The notes: a model not told the origin generated them from the letters alone. A DNA stretch of 64,000 nucleotides from Candidatus Bathyarchaeia archaeon (GCA_049515895.1 JBEKTQ010000021.1:60740-124739), one strand, 5' to 3'. Counted from the first letter of the stretch, positions 18,302-28,948 are shown. Numbers and translations: made by a program.

Positions 18302-19087
18302 CTACGGCATGACGACTGCGCCGACCAAGTTCACGGTTGTTACTGGTTGAGAAACTTCGCCGTTATATTCTGCGCTCGCTTGCACGGGCACCTCTGAGAT
18401 TTTCATCACAGTACCTTGTCCGTATATTACTTGACCGAAAACGGTGTATAACGCGTCAAAATGCGTTCCATCCTGATATACCAAATTGTTGTTGTTTGCC
18501 ACGTTGATAAAGAATTGGCTGCTCGCTGAGTTTGGTTGACCCGTGTTTGCCATGGCGATTGTCATGTTGTAATTGTGGTTGTCGTTGCCTATCTCATCTT
18601 TAATGGTTGGAACGGTGGTTTTGCCTTGTCCGCCTTGAATCATAGCCAGCTGGCCTGGGGTGGAAGGAGCGATTACTCTTTGGAAGATGGTGTTGTTGTA
18701 GTATCCTTCGTTGACAAGTTTTACGAAGTTGGTTGTTGTGATGGGTTTGTCGTTTCTCATCTGGATAACTATATCGCCCTTTGACGTAATGAAGAGTACC
18801 TTGGTGCCGCTGGCGCTGTATTCGCCTGCAGGTGAAGTGAGTGGAGTGACGGATGGGAATGGACTGCTTGAAGAAGCTGGAGGAGCAGAAGTTGTTGGAG
18901 CCGGCGAAGGAGTAGCCTGCTGGTTAGACCCTACTTGACTCGGGCCGAGGTGAGTAACAACTACGTAGCCAACAAATGCGATGACAATTACAGCTAACAC
19001 CGCGCCTACTGTCAGCTTACGGTTTTTGCTTCGGGTTTTAGGATTGTAAGTCTTAACTTTGCTGTTCCGTTTAGAGCCCATGCCCAA
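18302..19087 (-). CDS. Membrane-anchored cyclophilin-type peptidyl-prolyl isomerase
   Basis: N-terminal TM, Pro/Ser linker, FQRVI, IQGG, AMANTG, SQFFIN, VFGQV. Confidence 0.9.
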   Translation of the reverse strand: MGMGSKRNSKVKTYNPKTRSKNRKLTVGAVLAVIVIAFVGYVVVTHLGPSQVGSNQQATPSPAPTTSAPPASSSSPFPSVTPLTSPAGEYSASGTKVLFITSKGDIVIQMRNDKPITTTNFVKLVNEGYYNNTIFQRVIAPSTPGQLAMIQGGQGKTTVPTIKDEIGNDNHNYNMTIAMANTGQPNSASSQFFINVANNNNLVYQDGTHFDALYTVFGQVIYGQGTVMKISEVPVQASAEYNGEVSQPVTTVNLVGAVVMP

Positions 19088-19290
19088 ATTTATTGAGCAT
19101 TTTTTTATTTAAACCTTTCAAAAATAACAAGTAAAAGAGACCGCATTCACGCAGCATCAGAATTGCTCTCTTAGAGAAGGCAATCATTGGAAACAAGCCT
19201 TGAAGTTCTCAGTATGATTTTTATGTGCGTTTCGGTCTTAGTCGTATGCTGAAAATTTGTTAAAGGTGCAAATTCTGGCAAAGTTGAATC

Positions 19291-19890
19291 ATGATGACAG
19301 AAAGTGAATATAGCGTGCATTTTGACTTTGATAAAATCAAAGCTGAAACAGAAAAACTCCAAGGGGCCAGTAAGGAGACAATTGATAAAATCGATCTTTT
19401 CTTGGATTCACTTAAAGAAACCACGGCGAGAGTTGAGCCTACCCTCAGTAAAGAAACTAACAATGAACGCGAGCTTTGGGAGGATTACAAGCAGTTGCAG
19501 AGAGAAAAACTGGCTGTTCTAGATTTGTCTCACGAATGGGATTATGTTGGTGAAGAAATTAAGCAATCAAATCCCAGATTGGATTTCTTGGTCCGGGATG
19601 CGATTGAGGAGCTGAATGATCATATTGGAGTTCTAGCAGAATCGCACCGAGCACACATTGATATTCTTGAAATTTATAATACTCGTAAAATTGAAGTTTT
19701 AGCCCTTGTCGTAACAGTCGTAATCTCGTACATTGCCGTGTGGGAATTCACTGTTAGGGATCTGTTGGTGAGCTTTGTGTTTCCTTACGGTTTGAGCCCT
19801 CGCTTAAATTACGTGATAGTAATTCTTACTCTTCTGCCAGTTTTCGTAACGGTCGCGTGGGCTTGGGTCAGACGCAAAAGCTACTTCTAA
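19291..19890 (+). CDS. Hypothetical protein: helical domain plus two C-terminal TM (CorA-like topology)
   Basis: Coiled-coil N-terminal part, two TM, basic tail RRKSYF. Confidence 0.65.
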   Translation: MMTESEYSVHFDFDKIKAETEKLQGASKETIDKIDLFLDSLKETTARVEPTLSKETNNERELWEDYKQLQREKLAVLDLSHEWDYVGEEIKQSNPRLDFLVRDAIEELNDHIGVLAESHRAHIDILEIYNTRKIEVLALVVTVVISYIAVWEFTVRDLLVSFVFPYGLSPRLNYVIVILTLLPVFVTVAWAWVRRKSYF

Positions 19891-19902
19891 AACTTTGGAT
19901 AC

Positions 19903-20310
19903 TCAAATCGTCGAGGGTTTAAAGCAGTATCGGGGCCACTGCGGCCATTGCTGCGTTGCAGTGCAGGAGCCGAAATCCACTGTTAACTCCATCCCTATTT
20001 TCAGCTGTTCCTGCGTGATGCCGTTGATCATGCCTGGGATCTTCAAGCCGTCTTCAAGCTGGACAATGCCTACTGCGTAGGGTGTTAGCGCACGGAACTG
20101 TTCGGGTGCGACGTTTATGACTGTGTATGTGAGCAATTTGCCTTTCCCCGAGATTTTGACCCATTCAAATTCTTGTGAGAGACAGTTGTCACATAGAGGT
20201 CTAGGCGGCAAATGGATTTTTCCGCACTTGAGGCATTTTCCCGCCATCAACTTGTCCTGCTGCAGGAACTTGTAAAATTGTTCAATTGAAAAGGGTTCTT
20301 GCGAGCTCAT
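19903..20310 (-). CDS. DUF35 Zn-ribbon/OB-fold thiolase partner
   Basis: CLKC...PPRPLCDNC, GKLLTYT, PYAVGIVQL; directly after thiolase. Confidence 0.9.
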   Translation of the reverse strand: MSSQEPFSIEQFYKFLQQDKLMAGKCLKCGKIHLPPRPLCDNCLSQEFEWVKISGKGKLLTYTVINVAPEQFRALTPYAVGIVQLEDGLKIPGMINGITQEQLKIGMELTVDFGSCTATQQWPQWPRYCFKPSTI

Positions 20311-20312
20311 TT

Positions 20313-21491
20313 TTAATCTCTCCTGTAAATGTGCACGGCCGCCGTTGCGCCAGATCCGCCAACATTGTGTGTTAAACCTATCTTGGCATCCTTCACTTGA
20401 CGTTTTCCAGCTCGATCTGTAAGCTGCAGGTAAACCTCGTAGGCTTGCGCGGTTCCAGTAGCGCCGACAGGGTGTCCTTTAGCTTTTAAGCCCCCGCTAG
20501 TGTTAACTGGAATTCGCCCGCCAAGGCATGTTTCGCCGCTTTCTACCATTTTGCCGCTTCCGCCAACTGCACAGAACCCGAGATCTTCGTAAGCCATAAG
20601 TTCCGCAAACGTGAAACAATCATGAATTTCAGCCAGATTAATGTCCCGTGGATTTACGTCAGCCATTTCATAAGCCGTCTTCGCAGCCAATTTGGTCGCA
20701 TTCAGCGACGTTAAGCTTTGGCGTTGATACAAGCCGATGGTGTCTGTTGCTTGTCCGCTGCCCACGATATGTACGGGCGCATCGGTGTACTTATTGGCTA
20801 ATTCGGGTCGTGTTATGATTACGCAGCTTGCGCCGTCAGTAATCAAGGAACAATCATAGAGTTTAAGCGGCCAAGCGACGTATCGTGAGGACATGGCGGC
20901 CTGCAATGTGATTTCTTTTTGCATGTGAGCTTTGGGGTTTAGACTACCATGATAATGGTTCTTGACCGAAACCATAGCCATCTGCGCCTCAGTCGTGCCA
21001 TATTCGTGCATGTGAGCAGTCGCCATCATCGCGTATAATCCTGGGAAAGTGATACCGTGCCATTGTTCAAATGGGTAATCTGAAGCCATAGCCAGATACT
21101 CAGTTACCTCTACAGTAGTGCGATGAGTCATCTTCTCGACCCCGCCGACCAAGACCACGTCAGCAAGCCCGGACATCGCAGCGTATATTCCCGAACGCAA
21201 CGCAGCACCTGAAGAAGCACAAGCAGACTCCGTGCGCGTTGCAGCAACTCCCGTTAGCCCTGCCCAGTCCGCGACAGCTGCTCCCATGTGACCCTGATGC
21301 TCATAAGCTTCACCCATTTGCCCGATGAACATGGCTTTGATGTCTCTTTTCGGGTCAAGCTTGGGACAACTACTGAACGCTTCTTTTGCAGCTTCTGCAA
21401 AGATCTCTCTTGCCAGTAAACCATCACGCTTGCCGAACTTGGACATTCCAGCGCTTATGATGCTAACAAGCGGCTTCCCATTCAAACCCAA
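20313..21491 (-). CDS. Archaeal thiolase (acetyl-CoA acetyltransferase family)
   Basis: ESACASSG, GVEKM, HDCF, SGGLKAKGHPVGATG, HNVGG. Confidence 0.93.
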   Translation of the reverse strand: MGLNGKPLVSIISAGMSKFGKRDGLLAREIFAEAAKEAFSSCPKLDPKRDIKAMFIGQMGEAYEHQGHMGAAVADWAGLTGVAATRTESACASSGAALRSGIYAAMSGLADVVLVGGVEKMTHRTTVEVTEYLAMASDYPFEQWHGITFPGLYAMMATAHMHEYGTTEAQMAMVSVKNHYHGSLNPKAHMQKEITLQAAMSSRYVAWPLKLYDCSLITDGASCVIITRPELANKYTDAPVHIVGSGQATDTIGLYQRQSLTSLNATKLAAKTAYEMADVNPRDINLAEIHDCFTFAELMAYEDLGFCAVGGSGKMVESGETCLGGRIPVNTSGGLKAKGHPVGATGTAQAYEVYLQLTDRAGKRQVKDAKIGLTHNVGGSGATAAVHIYRRD

Positions 21492-21600
21492 AGTTCCCTC
21501 TTAGATGCAATAAACAGTTGCCGAGCTAAATAAAAACTATGCAAATGAACCTCGAGAAACCACAAAAAACCGATACAAATCATCAGTCAGTTCTTTATTT

Positions 21601-22569
21601 CTAAAGTCCTGTAACATAAATTCTCAAGGCCAAAATAGGCATAACCACAATTGCCCCGAAGAGAACAGCGGTCAAAGTCATAACCCTAAGTGCCCTGTGA
21701 ATGTGTTCAGGCGTTATGCCATGGTCGTCACCAAGCGCGTAATGCCCGGGCTTCTCAAGCTGAGTACTAAGTGCACCAGCCATTGCTGAAATAGTCCACC
21801 CTGCATTTAGACTGACGGTTTTAGCCTTGTCCCTCTGCAATATGCGCAGTGATTCTCGCCAGTTCTCACGGAGCAAGTAGGAGGCAACAACCATAAGGTA
21901 AGCTGTTAACCTAGCTGGAATGTAGTTGGTTACGGTGTCGAGGTTTGCACTGAACCATCCGATGTTCCTGTTTTCCTCGTTCTTGTAGCCCACCATTGAG
22001 TCCAACGTGTTAACAACACGGTAGGCAAAGGCGCCTGCGACGCCGAATATTGCGAAGAAGAAGAACGGCGCGGTTATCCCGTCGGTGGTGCTTTCCGCGA
22101 TGGATTCGACTGCGGCTGAGGTAATTTGTCTCTCGTTTAGCGTGTTCGGGTCTCTGCGGACGATGTAGGGTAGCCATTTTCGGGCTTCGGCCAAATCATT
22201 CTGTTTCAATGCTTTTGCAATTGGCTTGGTGTACTGGCCCATCCCTTTCACTGCAAATGTAGCCTTGAACAGAACTGCACCGACTATTATGTAGGGGATA
22301 TCTCCGAATAATTGCCTAATAAAAAATAGCAATACGAAAACAGGCAAAGCGACAATAACCATGACTGCTATGGCCAATAGTGAGCCGTTTGCTTTCTCCA
22401 TTCGCGGGTTAGAGCTTTTCAGCTTAGGTTTCAGGTACCCGATGATTTTGCCTATCCCGATGGTAGGGTGAATCCTGTCAGGGTACTCGCCGAATACCAT
22501 GTCAATCAGAAGGGCTAAGATGAAAATCAGCGCGGAATCCACAAGAAGGGTTAGGTCAAAAGAAAACAT
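21601..22569 (-). CDS. cbiB: Adenosylcobinamide-phosphate synthase
   Basis: HP, VRRD, AVESIAES, YRVVNTLDSMVGY, PARL, NAGW. Confidence 0.93.
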   Translation of the reverse strand: MFSFDLTLLVDSALIFILALLIDMVFGEYPDRIHPTIGIGKIIGYLKPKLKSSNPRMEKANGSLLAIAVMVIVALPVFVLLFFIRQLFGDIPYIIVGAVLFKATFAVKGMGQYTKPIAKALKQNDLAEARKWLPYIVRRDPNTLNERQITSAAVESIAESTTDGITAPFFFFAIFGVAGAFAYRVVNTLDSMVGYKNEENRNIGWFSANLDTVTNYIPARLTAYLMVVASYLLRENWRESLRILQRDKAKTVSLNAGWTISAMAGALSTQLEKPGHYALGDDHGITPEHIHRALRVMTLTAVLFGAIVVMPILALRIYVTGL

Positions 22570-22595
22570 GGTTTAGCAATCAAACCCATTCATTG

Positions 22596-23726
22596 TTAAT
22601 TCTTCACTGTCCGCTTTAAAGCTTCAATCAAATGTTCATTCTCAGAGTGGGTTTTGACTGCTACGCGGACATAATATTGGTCTATTCCACGGAAAGATGT
22701 ACAGTCGCGAACCAAAATACGTTGAGTAAGCAACCTACCTGCAATTTCAGTCGCAGTTAAACCCGTCTTGCGGACGTCGATGAAGAAAAAGTTCGCGTCG
22801 GCTGGGTAAACCTTGAACGAGTTGAATTTGTCCAACTCAGCCAAAAGCTGCGTTTTCTCTTTTTTGACAAGTTCGCGAGTCACCCTCAGGTGTTCCTCAT
22901 CTTTGAGTGCTGCGACAGCAGCAGCCTGAGCTAAACAATTAACGTTCCAAGGAATCTTCGCGCATGAAATCACGTTGACGATTTCTTCGCTGGCGATGCC
23001 GTAGCCAATACGTAAACCAGTTAACCCGAAAATTTTCGTGAACGACCGAAGAATGAACAGGTTGGGGTAACGTTTGATTTTGCCTATCAGCGATAAGGCT
23101 TCTCCGTTTTCTACAAACTCCAAAAAGTCCTCGTCGAGAAAAACAAGCGTGTCCTGCGCCATTGCCTTTTCAACTATTTCAGTCAGGGTTTGGTTTGGGA
23201 TTAAAATGCTTGTCGGGTTATTCGGGTTGCATAAGAAAACAATCTTGGCACCAACCATTTCACGAATAAAAGCTTCGGCTTCTACATTGAAGTTCTTGTC
23301 AAGCTTGACGAATTTCGCTGTTTCCCCAGTTTTCCTAACCGCGCTCTCATATTCGCCAAATGTCGGCGCAGGAATCAGGGCTACTTCGCCCTTTCTCAGA
23401 AATGCCTCGGCGAAGAGGTACATGAGTTCCGTGGAGCCGTTTCCGACAACAACGTTATTTTTGCTGATTCCGCTGAAGTGACCTGCGATAGCTTGCCGAA
23501 GCTCGTTAGAGTTTGAGTCTGGGTAAGCTGGAATTTCGGAGAACCTTTTTTTTGCCGCTTCAAGCGCTTTTTTGGATGACCCCAGAGGGTTCACGTTTGA
23601 ACTGAAGTCCAAAATTTCCTCTCGCTTCAGCCCGCTTTTGCCAGCTGCATCCAAAACCTCGCCGCCGTGAACGCATGGCTTGAGGTTTTTTATGTTGTCT
23701 CTGACCAGGTTTTCAACAGGCTTCAT
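22596..23726 (-). CDS. cobD: L-threonine-O-3-phosphate decarboxylase (PLP)
   Basis: HGG, DFSSNVNPLG, GNGSTE, CNPNNPT, RSFTK, GLRIGY; adjacent to cbiB. Confidence 0.88.
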   Translation of the reverse strand: MKPVENLVRDNIKNLKPCVHGGEVLDAAGKSGLKREEILDFSSNVNPLGSSKKALEAAKKRFSEIPAYPDSNSNELRQAIAGHFSGISKNNVVVGNGSTELMYLFAEAFLRKGEVALIPAPTFGEYESAVRKTGETAKFVKLDKNFNVEAEAFIREMVGAKIVFLCNPNNPTSILIPNQTLTEIVEKAMAQDTLVFLDEDFLEFVENGEALSLIGKIKRYPNLFILRSFTKIFGLTGLRIGYGIASEEIVNVISCAKIPWNVNCLAQAAAVAALKDEEHLRVTRELVKKEKTQLLAELDKFNSFKVYPADANFFFIDVRKTGLTATEIAGRLLTQRILVRDCTSFRGIDQYYVRVAVKTHSENEHLIEALKRTVKN

Positions 23727-23958
23727 CGGGGTTCAATCCTTCAGTCAATCAGGGCTGAAATGCGTAGGTTTCTCTTTGACGTAAATCATATAAATGTTTG
23801 GTTGGCGCATGACAAGTCAATGCGGAGGATTCAGATTTTGCCACATCTAAAGAGGAAAGGTGAACGAATGGAAATTGCCACATATTAGCTTGACTTAGGT
23901 TAGTATACAAAAGCTTTTTTGGTCGGCGAGGGAAGAATAAATAGGAAGGTTTTGGCTC

Positions 23959-24141
23959 ATGAGCGATAAACTGGATAAACATGACTTGGATTTGCTAAAG
24001 GAAATGGTCAAGGAAAAGAAGCGTGGCGAGCCTGTGGAGGAAGTTCTCTCCGTATTTTGCGAGCGTCAAGGAATTTCTATGGATGCGTGTCGCGAATGCT
24101 ACAAGGAGCTGGTTGAAAAGGGCGAGATAAAAGAGAAATAA
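23959..24141 (+). CDS. Small hypothetical protein
   Basis: 60-aa ORF with SD-like GGAAGG, upstream of dph5. Confidence 0.65.
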   Translation: MSDKLDKHDLDLLKEMVKEKKRGEPVEEVLSVFCERQGISMDACRECYKELVEKGEIKEK

Positions 24142-24182
24142 CGTTTAAGTTTTAAACCTTCAATAGCTAAGCGGGTCTCAAA

Positions 24183-24980
24183 TTGAACGAACTTGTATTC
24201 GTAGGCTTAGGGTTAAACGACGAAAAAGGCGTCAGCGTCAACGGTTTAGAAGAAACCAAAAGCGCAGATACCGTTTTTATCGAGCTCTATACGAGCCTAA
24301 TGCCTGACTTTAGCCTTCGACGCTTTGAATCTTTGTGCGGCAAACATATCTGTGTTGTTTCAAGGAATGAACTTGAAGAAGAAAACGGAACATCGATTCT
24401 GCAAGCCGCTGAGAAAGGCAAAACGGTGTTTCTTGTTCCAGGCGACCCTTTCATCGCTACGACACACGTCACGCTGAGAATTAATGCAGAGAAAAAGGGG
24501 GTAAAAACTCGCATTGTTCACGGTGCATCAATAATTTCGGCGATTGTAAGCCTGTCAGGGTTGCATAATTACAAATTCGGAAAAACCGTCACCGTTCCTT
24601 TCCAGGAAAACTTCTCCGCCACACCTTACCACGTTATTTCCCAGAACAAAAAGTCTGGTTTGCATACGCTTTGCCTTTTGGATTTGAAAGCCCCTGAAAA
24701 GCAGTTCCTAAGCGTCAAGCAAGCCATCGGGTTGCTTTCGGAGGTTGAAAAGAAAAAGAAGGAGGGCATAGTTACGCCGGATGCTGTTGCGGTCGGGATA
24801 GCTCGGGCGGGAAGCAAAAACCCAACTTTAAAGGCAGATTTCGCGAAGAACATTATGGATTTTGATTTCGGTGAGCCACCCTATAGTTTGATTTTTCCGG
24901 GAGATATGCATTTTATGGAAGTTGAAGCCTTAATCGCTTTTGCAGGTGCCCCAGCAGAGTTCAGGAGGCTTGCTAAGTGA
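24183..24980 (+). CDS. dph5: Diphthine synthase
   Basis: VGLGL, ELYTS, GDPFIATTH, GLHNYKFGKTVT, LHTLCLLD, MHFME. Confidence 0.95.
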   Translation: MNELVFVGLGLNDEKGVSVNGLEETKSADTVFIELYTSLMPDFSLRRFESLCGKHICVVSRNELEEENGTSILQAAEKGKTVFLVPGDPFIATTHVTLRINAEKKGVKTRIVHGASIISAIVSLSGLHNYKFGKTVTVPFQENFSATPYHVISQNKKSGLHTLCLLDLKAPEKQFLSVKQAIGLLSEVEKKKKEGIVTPDAVAVGIARAGSKNPTLKADFAKNIMDFDFGEPPYSLIFPGDMHFMEVEALIAFAGAPAEFRRLAK

Positions 24981-25264
24981 GTTTAAAGTCTCTTACAACG
25001 AAGTACATTGAATCTGCCGAAAAAGTTCTAAAAGACTTGGAGCAGACAAAAGTAGCTATAACTGTTCCAGAGGCGGATGTGGTTAAGGTTCTGAATTGGG
25101 CAAGTGACTACTTGGAGGACGCAAAGTATTATAAGGCTCAAGGAAAATTGGAAACCAGCTTGACCTCGGTAGCCTACTGTGAAGGGCTACTTGACGCATT
25201 ACGATTATTGAGAGGTGTGAAATTCGAATGGCCAACCGTAAAAGAAAGAAAAAAACTGTCTTAG
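24977..25264 (+). CDS. DUF357 domain protein
   Basis: YLEDAKYY, YCEGLLDA; usual dph5 neighbour. Confidence 0.85.
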   Translation: MSLKSLTTKYIESAEKVLKDLEQTKVAITVPEADVVKVLNWASDYLEDAKYYKAQGKLETSLTSVAYCEGLLDALRLLRGVKFEWPTVKERKKLS

Positions 25265-25716
25265 CATCAGGCGTGTTCGACTTACTTCATCTGGGTCACG
25301 TGAGGTTTTTAGAGGAAGCCAAGAAAGCAGGTGGAAAAGACGCTCAGTTGATCGTTGTTATTGCAAGGGATAGCACGGTTGAGAAATCTAAAGGTGGAAA
25401 ACCTATAATGCCTGAGAATGAACGCTGCTTGTTGGTTGAGTCTCTCAAGGTGGTTGATAAGGCGGTGCTTGGTTACGAGAACCTTGACATCGGCGAAATC
25501 ATTGAGAACCTTAAGCCGGACGTAATTGCTTTAGGATACGACCAAGACGATGTGATGAAGCAAGTTCAAGACTACGTGAATAAGAACAAGTTGAAGGTGA
25601 AAGTTGCGAGAATCGGCAAGTTTGGAGAGGATAGTTTAGATAGCTCATCAAAGATTAAAAAAGAAATAATCGACAAACGCCCGCGCCTCAGCTACGCGCA
25701 GAGCAAATTTGGTTAA
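25228..25716 (+). CDS. ribL: Archaeal FAD synthase (cytidylyltransferase family)
   Basis: GVFDLLHLGH, VIARD, PDVIALGYDQ, SSSKIK. Confidence 0.88.
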   Translation: MANRKRKKKTVLASGVFDLLHLGHVRFLEEAKKAGGKDAQLIVVIARDSTVEKSKGGKPIMPENERCLLVESLKVVDKAVLGYENLDIGEIIENLKPDVIALGYDQDDVMKQVQDYVNKNKLKVKVARIGKFGEDSLDSSSKIKKEIIDKRPRLSYAQSKFG

Positions 25717-26329
25717 CCCGATGAATAGCGAGAAGTACAAGCCGACATACGTCCTCATAGCCCTTAACGCGGCAATTTACATTTACACTTCTATAGTCGG
25801 CGGGAACGCGTTGACTACAAACTTGGCAGCCATCCCGCCCCTATACCAATGGAATTTTGAAGTTTTACACGGATGGTACTTCCAGCTTTTCACGTCCATG
25901 TTTATCCACGCATCAATACCGCACATAGTCGGCAACATGCTTTTCCTTTTCATCTTCGGTTTAAGAGCTGAAGAAATGTTTTCACTCCCCGAATATCTGG
26001 GAATCTATCTTGTAGGTGGCCTCGTCGGCAACGTTTTTACCTTGGCGTTTGGACCAGATTTTCTTTCAGTGGGAGCTTCCGGCGCAATCTTCGCTCTTTT
26101 CGGTGCATGCGTCATTTACGAAAAGCGTTCTGTTCGTCAATCTATAGTTGGAGCACTCGTTTACGCGTTCTTCCTGCTGCTTATGAGCGGATTAAGCACT
26201 GGAGTAAACGATTTGGCTCACCTCGGCGGCTTAGGCTTCGGTCTTCTATTTGGTTACTGGATAGCAACAACACGCAAACCGCTCCAGGAATACTCCGTCA
26301 AGTACAAGCATCCTCTTTACCCGTTTTAG
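25709..26329 (+). CDS. Rhomboid intramembrane serine protease
   Basis: TSMFIH, HIVGNM, GASG, AHLGG. Confidence 0.93.
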   Translation: MVNPMNSEKYKPTYVLIALNAAIYIYTSIVGGNALTTNLAAIPPLYQWNFEVLHGWYFQLFTSMFIHASIPHIVGNMLFLFIFGLRAEEMFSLPEYLGIYLVGGLVGNVFTLAFGPDFLSVGASGAIFALFGACVIYEKRSVRQSIVGALVYAFFLLLMSGLSTGVNDLAHLGGLGFGLLFGYWIATTRKPLQEYSVKYKHPLYPF

Positions 26330-26330
26330 C

Positions 26331-27020
26331 CTACGTGGCAATGTAGATTTCCACTTTTACTTTGTTGCCATCTTTGAGATTCAACTGTTTTCTCAAGCAA
26401 ACAGGCGCTATGATTTCCAGAACTGAGACATCGTAATGGCTCCGCAACGCTGTAACAAGGGCTCCTTTGACCTTGTTGTCTATCACCGCAGGGTAACACT
26501 TCACCAAACCGAAAGAACGGTCTTCATTCTTGAAACCTGTGACCTCAACGGCTGGGTATGCTTCCAGTTCCATGCGGGTTTTAATGTCATAGTCCGCCGT
26601 CAGCTTAAGGTTTAGAGTGCCGGGGTAAGGGTCAAAACCTAGCTTTTCAGCAAACTGTTTCCGATAATGCTCTTTGGAAATGTAGTATGCGCCTTCCCCC
26701 AGCCCAGTAAAGACGGTTCCTTCCAAGGTTACGGATGGCGGGTAGGTTTTTTCGACCAAAAACTTTAGGCTGGAATAAAGCTTCAATAACTCCTTGGCTC
26801 CCTCCTCTTCGATTCTGATCAAGCTGCCTTCTGGAGTAATGTTGCGTTGGATCCAACCTTTACGCTCCAGATCAATGAGGTAACGTGACGCTGTCTGCTG
26901 AGAAAACCCAAGCTTTCCCGCTAAGTATTCGGTCGAGATTTTGGCGGTTCGACGGTAGGCACCCATCTCAGCAAGTTTCAGAAGCATGTAGAGGTGCTGC
27001 CAATCCTGCTTTTCACTCAA
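26331..27020 (-). CDS. ribK: CTP-dependent riboflavin kinase with N-terminal winged HTH
   Basis: SQQTASR HTH; GLGEGAYY, PYPGTLN, LEIIAP. Confidence 0.93.
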   Translation of the reverse strand: MSEKQDWQHLYMLLKLAEMGAYRRTAKISTEYLAGKLGFSQQTASRYLIDLERKGWIQRNITPEGSLIRIEEEGAKELLKLYSSLKFLVEKTYPPSVTLEGTVFTGLGEGAYYISKEHYRKQFAEKLGFDPYPGTLNLKLTADYDIKTRMELEAYPAVEVTGFKNEDRSFGLVKCYPAVIDNKVKGALVTALRSHYDVSVLEIIAPVCLRKQLNLKDGNKVKVEIYIAT

Positions 27021-27174
27021 AGCTGTGTTCTCCGGCGGATTAGAAAGTAAGTGATAAGGTTATTTAAGCGCCTCGAAACTCTCAGCCATCAAAGGCCGTA
27101 AAATTGTGAAAACCTAAAATCTATGCAAAAGATAATTTACCTAGCCGAGTTTTGCGGAAAAATGGAGAGAAACC

Positions 27175-27921
27175 TTGAACGTTTTTGACAAGATGGGTAT
27201 TTACTGGGCGGAGATGGCTGATCAAAACCCAACGCACAGGCAGGTAGAATTCCTAAAGAACACTTTAAAGTCGCAGGGGCCGATTTTAGACCTTGCTTGC
27301 GGAACGGGAAGGCACATAATTCCTCTTAGCGAAAAATACAGCGTTGTCGGGGTGGACATCTCGCCAAATCTTCTCAAAATAGCAAAAAACCGACTAAGCA
27401 GGATCCAACTAGTGAGAGCTGACATGCGAAGTTTACCCTTTAAGCCTGAAGCGTTCGCCGCCGCTATAAGCATGGATACAAGCTTTGGTTATTTGCACTC
27501 ATTGAAAGGAGACATGCAAAGTCTTAAAGAACTTCAGGGAACGATAAAACCGAATGGATTGTTAATTGTTGACGTTTTTAATCGAGAACACTTATTGCAA
27601 AAATACTCTGCCAAAAACAATGTCAGTTTTAGACGAACGGAATATCCGAGTTTCTTTCTTTTGCAGCAGCGAACCATCGACAAAAACGGCGCAAAACTGC
27701 ACGACTTATGGAAGGTTTGTGACAAAACTAACGGGAAAACAAGGATTTTTAGGCATGTTGTACGTTTGTTCCAACTCAAGGGCTTGCAAGATTTGTTGCA
27801 GAAGACTGGTTTTGTGATTAAGCAGGTTAATGGAGATTATGAAGGGCAACAGTTTAGCCCTGACTCTAACAGGCTTATCTTGGTTGCACGTAAGAAAATT
27901 AATTATTTCGTCGAGAATTAA
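27175..27921 (+). CDS. Class I SAM-dependent methyltransferase
   Basis: LDLACGTGRH, GVDIS, ADMR, TSFGY. Confidence 0.9.
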   Translation: MNVFDKMGIYWAEMADQNPTHRQVEFLKNTLKSQGPILDLACGTGRHIIPLSEKYSVVGVDISPNLLKIAKNRLSRIQLVRADMRSLPFKPEAFAAAISMDTSFGYLHSLKGDMQSLKELQGTIKPNGLLIVDVFNREHLLQKYSAKNNVSFRRTEYPSFFLLQQRTIDKNGAKLHDLWKVCDKTNGKTRIFRHVVRLFQLKGLQDLLQKTGFVIKQVNGDYEGQQFSPDSNRLILVARKKINYFVEN

Positions 27922-28535
27922 CTGGTTAGGAAAGGGTTAACCCTTTTTTCTTCGCCTATCATCGATGTTGGTCCGTGACCGGGGTAAATTAGCAAGTATT
28001 CTGCCAAACTCTGCAGTTTTTGCAAAGACAGCTGCATTTCGCTGTCGGAACCACCTGGAAAATCGGTCCTTCCAATCCCTCCTGCAAACAAGGTGTCACC
28101 AGTGAAAACTAGTCGTTCACCGAGAAGGCAGATACTTCCAGGCGTGTGCCCAGGAGTGTGTATGACCGTTAGGGACGACTCGGTGCCGACCTCGATTAAG
28201 CTACCTTCATTCAGTAGGACGGTTGCGGGATAATTCTTGTTTTCTAAGACCGCCAGTGAAGCCGCATCCAAGTGGTGAATGCAGATGGGAACGTTGTATT
28301 TCTCTTGAAATATGGCGTCGCCGTTTATATGATCTGAGTGCCCATGTGTGTTCACAATCAGCTTCACGTTCAAGCCCGCTTGCTCTACGTAATCGAAGAT
28401 CTGGTCGGCTTCTATAATAAGGTCCAACCCTGGGTCGATCACGATTGCGTCTTTCGTCTGTCGGGAGCTGACGACATAGCAGTTTGTTGATAAGCCGCCA
28501 ACAGTGAACGTCTCAATAAGCATTGAAATCAACAA
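27918..28535 (-). CDS. MBL-fold metallo-hydrolase (glyoxalase II-like)
   Basis: THGHSDH, TPGHTPG, TGDTLF, PGHG. Confidence 0.92.
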   Translation of the reverse strand: MLISMLIETFTVGGLSTNCYVVSSRQTKDAIVIDPGLDLIIEADQIFDYVEQAGLNVKLIVNTHGHSDHINGDAIFQEKYNVPICIHHLDAASLAVLENKNYPATVLLNEGSLIEVGTESSLTVIHTPGHTPGSICLLGERLVFTGDTLFAGGIGRTDFPGGSDSEMQLSLQKLQSLAEYLLIYPGHGPTSMIGEEKRVNPFLTS

Positions 28536-28699
28536 TTCGAGTAATGCAAAAAGCCGAAATAAACCATTTGCTTAAGACCAAACATTAAGCAGCAAATACC
28601 CCGTTAAACCGATATCCTTACGAAAATGTAAGAAAAGCGTAGTTTGTGTTAACTTGACAGACAGAATAAAAAATTAATTAGGACAACGCTTGGCCATTC

Positions 28700-28948
28700 T
28701 TAAGCGTCGAAGCCTGCTTGAAAGCCAGTGATTCTTATGGTGCTACTACATTTGCCGCATGAGATAACTAACTCTGCAAGTTCATCGTTCATGACTTTTG
28801 TATCTACGATTTTGTAGTTGGATTCGGACTCGTCATCGGGCGAAATCATTGTTCCACACTTGGGGCATGCGAAAGCGCCGTCTCCCTCGATGGCAAATAG
28901 GTTTATGACGTAGGCGCAACCCTTTTTCTCAGGCTTTTTCATCATCAT
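28700..28948 (-). CDS. Small Zn-ribbon protein
   Basis: CPKCG and CGKC pairs. Confidence 0.7.
   Translation of the reverse strand: MMMKKPEKKGCAYVINLFAIEGDGAFACPKCGTMISPDDESESNYKIVDTKVMNDELAELVISCGKCSSTIRITGFQAGFDA

Noticed and set aside
23727-23958. Cobalamin riboswitch upstream of cobD
   Set aside because: No recognisable B12-box or conserved stems; looks like divergent TATA promoters
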